Source of the DNA: an uncultured Bacilli bacterium
GTDB lineage: Bacteria; Bacillota_I; Bacilli_A; RF39; UBA660
NCBI GenBank assembly: GCA_934085635.1
Contig: CAKOHL010000001.1
Coordinates: 1 to 38,859 of the forward strand
Reading direction: 5' to 3'
DNA length: 38,859 nt
Part shown: positions 34,643 through 38,859 of the stretch, in pieces
How the letters are laid out: the number at the start of each line of letters is the position of its first letter
How positions within the stretch are numbered: the stretch's first letter is position 1
The notes under the pieces: generated by a model
Seen by the model: only the letters and a program-made list of their open reading frames with translations
Databases searched by the model: none
What the model was told of the DNA's origin: nothing
Program-made: the position numbers and the translations under genes

Positions 34643-35812
34643 TTAAAGTAAGTCACTAGTCGTGTCTTTTTCATCTAAGTCTATTACTAATATATTTTTA
34701 ATAGCTTCATCAAGTAATTCCATATCAAGTTTTTCTTCTTCCTTTTTTGCAACATCAAGACTTGGATTTATTACTGGATGAGTTGGTACAAATACAGTAC
34801 AACAATCAATATATGGAAGTATACTTATTTCATAACTACCTATTTTTCTTGCAATATTCATTATTTCTAGTTTATCAAAACTTGCAAGAGGTCTTATTAT
34901 TGGATAATTTGTTACATCATTTACTACTCTCATACTTGTTAGTGTTTGACTTGCTACCTGACCGATGCTTTCTCCATTAACTATTGCAGTTAAATTTCTT
35001 CTTTTAGCTACTCTTTCAGCAATTCTATACATTTGTCTTCTCATTAAGGTAATCATATAATCACCTTTCATATTTGTATAAATACTTTCTTGAATCTTAG
35101 TAAAAGGTACAACTAAAAGTTTACCAGTATTGCCATATCCTTTAAGAATCTTAGCAAGACTTATTACTTTTTCTCTTGCTTCTAAACTAGTATGAGGTAA
35201 ACTTTCAAAATATATAAAATCTAACTTAACTCCTCTTTTCATTGTTTCGAATCCTGCAACAACTGAGTCAATTCCACCACTTAGCATAAGAAGTGCTTTT
35301 CCTAAAGTACCAACTGGATAACCACCTAGTGCTTTAATACCGTTTTTATAAATGTAAACTCCTTCACGTCTAATCTCTATATTAATAAGTACTTCTGGAT
35401 TATGTACATCTACTTTTAAGCCTTTAACATTCTTTAGTAAGAATCCACCTACGTTTCTTGATAATTCCATACTATTAATTGGATAAGACTTATCACTTCT
35501 ATTAGTCTCTACTTTAAATGTTTTATCTTCTTCTAATAAAGATGCAGATATTTCACATATATTTTCAAATTCTTTATTCTCTGTAAATATACATTTTACT
35601 ACTTCGTGAATTCCAAATACATTAGTTAACCTATTAATAGCCTCATCTACTTCACTTACATATACAAACATTCTATAATAGTCCTTTTTAATAACTGGCT
35701 TTAAGTCACTTAATATATGAAGTATATTTTTTTCTAAAGTATTTATGAAGAAATTTCTATTATCTTTTTTAGTAGTTAATTCTGCATATTTTATCATTAT
35801 TACTTCTGTCAT
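34643..35812 (-). CDS. thiI: tRNA 4-thiouridine(8) synthase ThiI (no rhodanese domain)
   Basis: 389 aa. THUMP-type N-terminal half and PP-loop LMLSGGIDS. Paired with a cysteine desulfurase as in B. subtilis nifZ-thiI. Confidence 0.9.
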   Translation of the reverse strand: MTEVIMIKYAELTTKKDNRNFFINTLEKNILHILSDLKPVIKKDYYRMFVYVSEVDEAINRLTNVFGIHEVVKCIFTENKEFENICEISASLLEEDKTFKVETNRSDKSYPINSMELSRNVGGFLLKNVKGLKVDVHNPEVLINIEIRREGVYIYKNGIKALGGYPVGTLGKALLMLSGGIDSVVAGFETMKRGVKLDFIYFESLPHTSLEAREKVISLAKILKGYGNTGKLLVVPFTKIQESIYTNMKGDYMITLMRRQMYRIAERVAKRRNLTAIVNGESIGQVASQTLTSMRVVNDVTNYPIIRPLASFDKLEIMNIARKIGSYEISILPYIDCCTVFVPTHPVINPSLDVAKKEEEKLDMELLDEAIKNILVIDLDEKDTTSDLL

Positions 35813-35814
35813 AT

Positions 35815-36939
35815 TTACTCCTTTAATAGTAGTTCATTATATGTTTTATGAAAAGCTACTATAAATTCTTCTATTTCTTTTTTAGTTGTTAAATGGCTTA
35901 TACTTATTCTTATACTTGTTGTATTTATGCTTTTATCACTAGTTATATATTTTAGTATTGAACTAGGTTCATTACTCGAACAAGCTGTTGTAGTACTTAT
36001 ATAAACTCCATATTTTTCTATTGCTCTTACGAATGTTTCACTTTTTATTTTAATTAAACTTAAGTTAAATATTTGAGGCACACATAAGTTATTAGAATTT
36101 ATATGTACAGGTAAATCTTTTAAACCGTTATAAACCATCTCATTAAGACTTTCTACTACTTTTATGTTTGCTGGTAAGTTTTCTGTAATAATTCTTACTG
36201 CCTTAGCAAAACTTACTATTAATGGAAGAGCTGGCGTTCCTCCTCTATAAGGGCAATTTTCTGTAAGACCATATATAAGTGGTTCAATTTCAAGATTATT
36301 TCTTTTATATAAAAGTCCTATTCCTTTAGGTGCATATATTTTATGGGAACTCATACTAGCTAAATCTACATCACTTAAATTAATATTAATTTTACCAAGT
36401 GCTTGTGTCATATCACTATGAAATATTACTTTAGGATTTTTTTTATTAATTATTTGTCTTATTGTTTTAAGAGGCGCTTTTAATCCTACTTCACTATTTA
36501 CAGCACATACACTTACTAATATTGTATCTTCTCTTATTAGACTTTCTAATTCTTTTAAATCAATACTTCCATCACTCTTAAGTGATACATAACTTATTTC
36601 AAATCCCTTAGTACTTAAAAATTCCATTGTTTCAGTAACACTTTTATGTTCATAATGAGTTGTTATAATGTGTTTACCACGATTACTATATTTAAATGCT
36701 ACACCTTTTATTGCAGTGCTATTGCTCTCACTACTCCCACTTGTATAAATAAGTTCATTAAATTTACATCCTAAACACTCAGCTATTTGCTTACTTGCCT
36801 TTAGCATTAATTCTTTACTCTTTACACCTAAATTATGTATTGAGTTAGCATTTCCTATATATTCAGTTGTTGTCTTTACGTATGAATCTAATACCTCAGG
36901 AAGTACTGGTGTTGTAGCACTATAGTCCAAATATATCAT
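35815..36939 (-). CDS. Cysteine desulfurase (NifS/NifZ type)
   Basis: 374 aa. Class V aminotransferase fold, PLP lysine SSHKIYAPKGIG, active-site Cys loop TTTACSS. Confidence 0.9.
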   Translation of the reverse strand: MIYLDYSATTPVLPEVLDSYVKTTTEYIGNANSIHNLGVKSKELMLKASKQIAECLGCKFNELIYTSGSSESNSTAIKGVAFKYSNRGKHIITTHYEHKSVTETMEFLSTKGFEISYVSLKSDGSIDLKELESLIREDTILVSVCAVNSEVGLKAPLKTIRQIINKKNPKVIFHSDMTQALGKININLSDVDLASMSSHKIYAPKGIGLLYKRNNLEIEPLIYGLTENCPYRGGTPALPLIVSFAKAVRIITENLPANIKVVESLNEMVYNGLKDLPVHINSNNLCVPQIFNLSLIKIKSETFVRAIEKYGVYISTTTACSSNEPSSILKYITSDKSINTTSIRISISHLTTKKEIEEFIVAFHKTYNELLLKE

Positions 36940-36946
36940 ATTCCAC

Positions 36947-38596
36947 CTACATTTCTTGAATAACAGTTAATATTACTGGTTTACTTTCAGTTAATTTATA
37001 TAAGTAAGAACCAACATCATCTCTAATGTCATTTCTAATTTTAGAATAATCAGCATATTTTCCATTATGTGTATTATTTTTAATAATTTCTAAACTTTTC
37101 TTTTTAATTTCTTCTATTACATCTAAGTTATCTTTAGCAAATATAAATCCTCTTGATAATACTTCTGGTCCATTAATTATTTGTTTAGTCTTTTTATCAA
37201 CCGTTGCACTTATTAATATTAATCCATTATTACCAAGCATTTCTCTATCTTTTAAAACTAGTTCTCCTACATCACTAGAGCTTTTACCATCTATTAAAAT
37301 ATCATCTACTTTAATATGTTCACCTTTATCCACAAATGTACCATCTTCTATATATACTACATCTCCATTTTCTTTAAGGAATATATTTTCATTTGGTATT
37401 CCAACTAAACTAGCTAGTTTAGCATTAGCAACCTGATAACGATATTCCCCTTTTATAGGCATATAATATTTAGGATTAAATATTTTAACCATTAGCATTA
37501 AATCTTGACTAGAAGCGTGAAGACGTACATTTTTATTTTTTGGTACATCAAATATATTAATCCCGTGAATAGCTATTTCATTTTTAATTTTTACACTTGT
37601 AAGTTCTTGTGCTTCATATGATGGATCAGCAAAACATATTGAATCATTTACTTCTAGTGACACATATTTATCATATCCATTTACTATTCTTGATAAATTA
37701 TAGTATGGAGCTTCTCTATCATTACTCACTAGTATTACAGTATTTTTTTCTTTTAAATCTTTTAAGTCACCAATCATTCCATTTGGAACATCTAGGTATC
37801 CTTCACGAATTGCCATTTCTATAATAGTTTGTAAGTATTTACCCATTACTACTACTTTTCTATCAGTACCCTTTACTGCATCAAATATATTTTGTATAGT
37901 AAGTAAATGAAGTGGAAGTATACTAAATATTAATCTTCCTTCACTCTTTTCTACAGCATTTTTAAAGTACTTGTCAAGTTTATGATTAGGACTTGTAAAT
38001 CCAGTCTTTTCACTAAATACACTTTCTTGCATTAATAAAAGTACCCCTTGTTTACCAATATAAGCAAGTTTACCTAAATCCATATCATAAGCACCTTTCA
38101 TAGTTGAATCAATTACATAATCTCCCATATACACTATTGCACCATCTGGTGTGTTTATACTAAAACCTACACTTTCAGGAACACTATGACTCACACTAAA
38201 AGGAAATACACTAAATTCTTTAAAGTCTATCTTTCTATGAGGTTTTATAATATGTAAGTTTCTAATACTTATCTCAGCTTCTTTTGCTTCTATTTCAAGT
38301 ATTTTAGATGTATAATTTGTTGCAAATATATGAATCTCTGGTATTTGTTTTAAAAGGTCAGTAACTGCTCCCATATTTTCATAATGTGCGTGACTTATAA
38401 ACAAACCTACTATTCTTTTTTTATTTTGAAGTAAATACTCGAAATCAGGTATAACATAGTCTACTCCAAGCATCTTTTCACTTGCATATTTAAGTCCTGC
38501 ATCAAATAATAATATTCTATTATTGATTTCTATTACATATAAATTTTTACCATTTTCATTTAATCCCCCAAGACTAAATACTCTTATTTTATTCAT
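36947..38596 (-). CDS. rnj: Ribonuclease J family protein with degenerate metal-ligand motifs (J2-like)
   Basis: 549 aa. Overall RNase J architecture (MBL + beta-CASP + C-terminal domain; SVSHSVPES, MGDYVID). However, motif II reads SHAHYENMG instead of HGHEDHIG, and HASSQDL / PIKGEYR replace HxSGHGSQ / PIHGEYR. Confidence 0.85.
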   Translation of the reverse strand: MNKIRVFSLGGLNENGKNLYVIEINNRILLFDAGLKYASEKMLGVDYVIPDFEYLLQNKKRIVGLFISHAHYENMGAVTDLLKQIPEIHIFATNYTSKILEIEAKEAEISIRNLHIIKPHRKIDFKEFSVFPFSVSHSVPESVGFSINTPDGAIVYMGDYVIDSTMKGAYDMDLGKLAYIGKQGVLLLMQESVFSEKTGFTSPNHKLDKYFKNAVEKSEGRLIFSILPLHLLTIQNIFDAVKGTDRKVVVMGKYLQTIIEMAIREGYLDVPNGMIGDLKDLKEKNTVILVSNDREAPYYNLSRIVNGYDKYVSLEVNDSICFADPSYEAQELTSVKIKNEIAIHGINIFDVPKNKNVRLHASSQDLMLMVKIFNPKYYMPIKGEYRYQVANAKLASLVGIPNENIFLKENGDVVYIEDGTFVDKGEHIKVDDILIDGKSSSDVGELVLKDREMLGNNGLILISATVDKKTKQIINGPEVLSRGFIFAKDNLDVIEEIKKKSLEIIKNNTHNGKYADYSKIRNDIRDDVGSYLYKLTESKPVILTVIQEM

Positions 38597-38697
38597 AAGT
38601 TATCACTCCTTTTCATAATATATAAATTAAAATAATAGTTCAAATGACTACATAAATATACCACAAATTAGTGTTTTAGTCAATTGTTAGTGTAACC

Positions 38698-38722
38698 AAA
38701 AAGAGCAAAATTAACTTTGCTC
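38698..38722 (-). terminator. Rho-independent terminator after the upstream partial gene
   Basis: Minus strand GAGCAAA-GTTAAT-TTTGCTC followed by TTTTTGG. The stop codon lies inside the loop/stem. Confidence 0.6.
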
Positions 38723-38859
38723 CCTATTTTTTATACAAGTAAATTCTATATTATATTTTTTAAAGATTAATACTTTTTTAACACTTATATCAGCTGCACA
38801 TATTTTATCATCTAGTTTTATTTCTTTTAAGTATCCTTTACTTTCTAACTCTTCACTAG
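38711..38859 (-). CDS. C-terminal 48 codons of an unidentified protein (5' end beyond window)
   Basis: Open frame from the window edge: ...SEELESKGYLKEIKLDDKICAADISVKKVLIFKKYNIEFTCIKNREQS-stop. Followed by a terminator. Confidence 0.4.
   Translation of the reverse strand, partial: SEELESKGYLKEIKLDDKICAADISVKKVLIFKKYNIEFTCIKNREQS

Noticed and set aside
34088-37824. Plus-strand ORFs 34088-34324, 34747-34980 and 37609-37824.
   Set aside because: They are antisense within nusG, thiI and rnj respectively, and have Leu/His/Gln-rich low-complexity translations.
38711-38859. The terminal partial ORF as RNA polymerase epsilon subunit (RpoY/YkzG), which precedes rnjA in B. subtilis.
   Set aside because: Only a KKYNIEF-type match to the recalled KKFNIEF. 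The rest does not align convincingly, and the fragment seems to extend further N-terminally than a ~70-aa RpoY would allow.

Overview
Very AT-rich chromosomal segment from a low-GC, probably spore-forming member of the Bacillota. GerE, SpoIIIAH and GerM homologues are present. Gene order echoes Bacillus subtilis (comN-secDF, rel-dtd, ylbM/ylbN-rpmF, efp next to spoIIIAH, nifZ-thiI). The exact lineage cannot be determined from this window. Almost everything is on the minus strand and is housekeeping: dtd, rel, secDF, comEA-comEC, dnaE, radC, rpmF, tmcAL, polA, efp, rpmG, nusG, secE, thiI, a cysteine desulfurase, RNase J and one tRNA-Arg(UCU). Two patches look accessory. (1) 6.6-10.9 kb, directly downstream of comEA-comEC. 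The 3' end of comEC is present twice: once in the intact gene and once as a displaced pseudo-copy. The two copies bracket a 2.4-kb insert that carries a 571-aa protein I cannot assign to any family. Next come a DUF1016/YhcG PDDEXK nuclease gene and a frameshifted 5' fragment of a second DUF1016 gene. A 13-nt junction/RBS motif recurs at the same distance from two of the start codons. I read this as a cargo hotspot riding on the DNA-uptake operon, and it is the best candidate for an undescribed system. (2) 26.5-29.0 kb. A C39-peptidase ABC exporter is followed by two small double-glycine-leader peptide genes that are missing from the ORF track. No immunity, accessory or sensor genes are visible. 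Other items worth a look are an L32 with an L27/Prp-like N-terminal leader, a monocistronic type IV pilin, an RNase J with several catalytic ligands replaced, a spoIIIAH-gerE-gerM cluster without spoIIIAA-AG, an unlisted rpmG, and an unlisted 453-codon secreted protein running off the window start. I saw no CRISPR array, transposase, integrase or rRNA.
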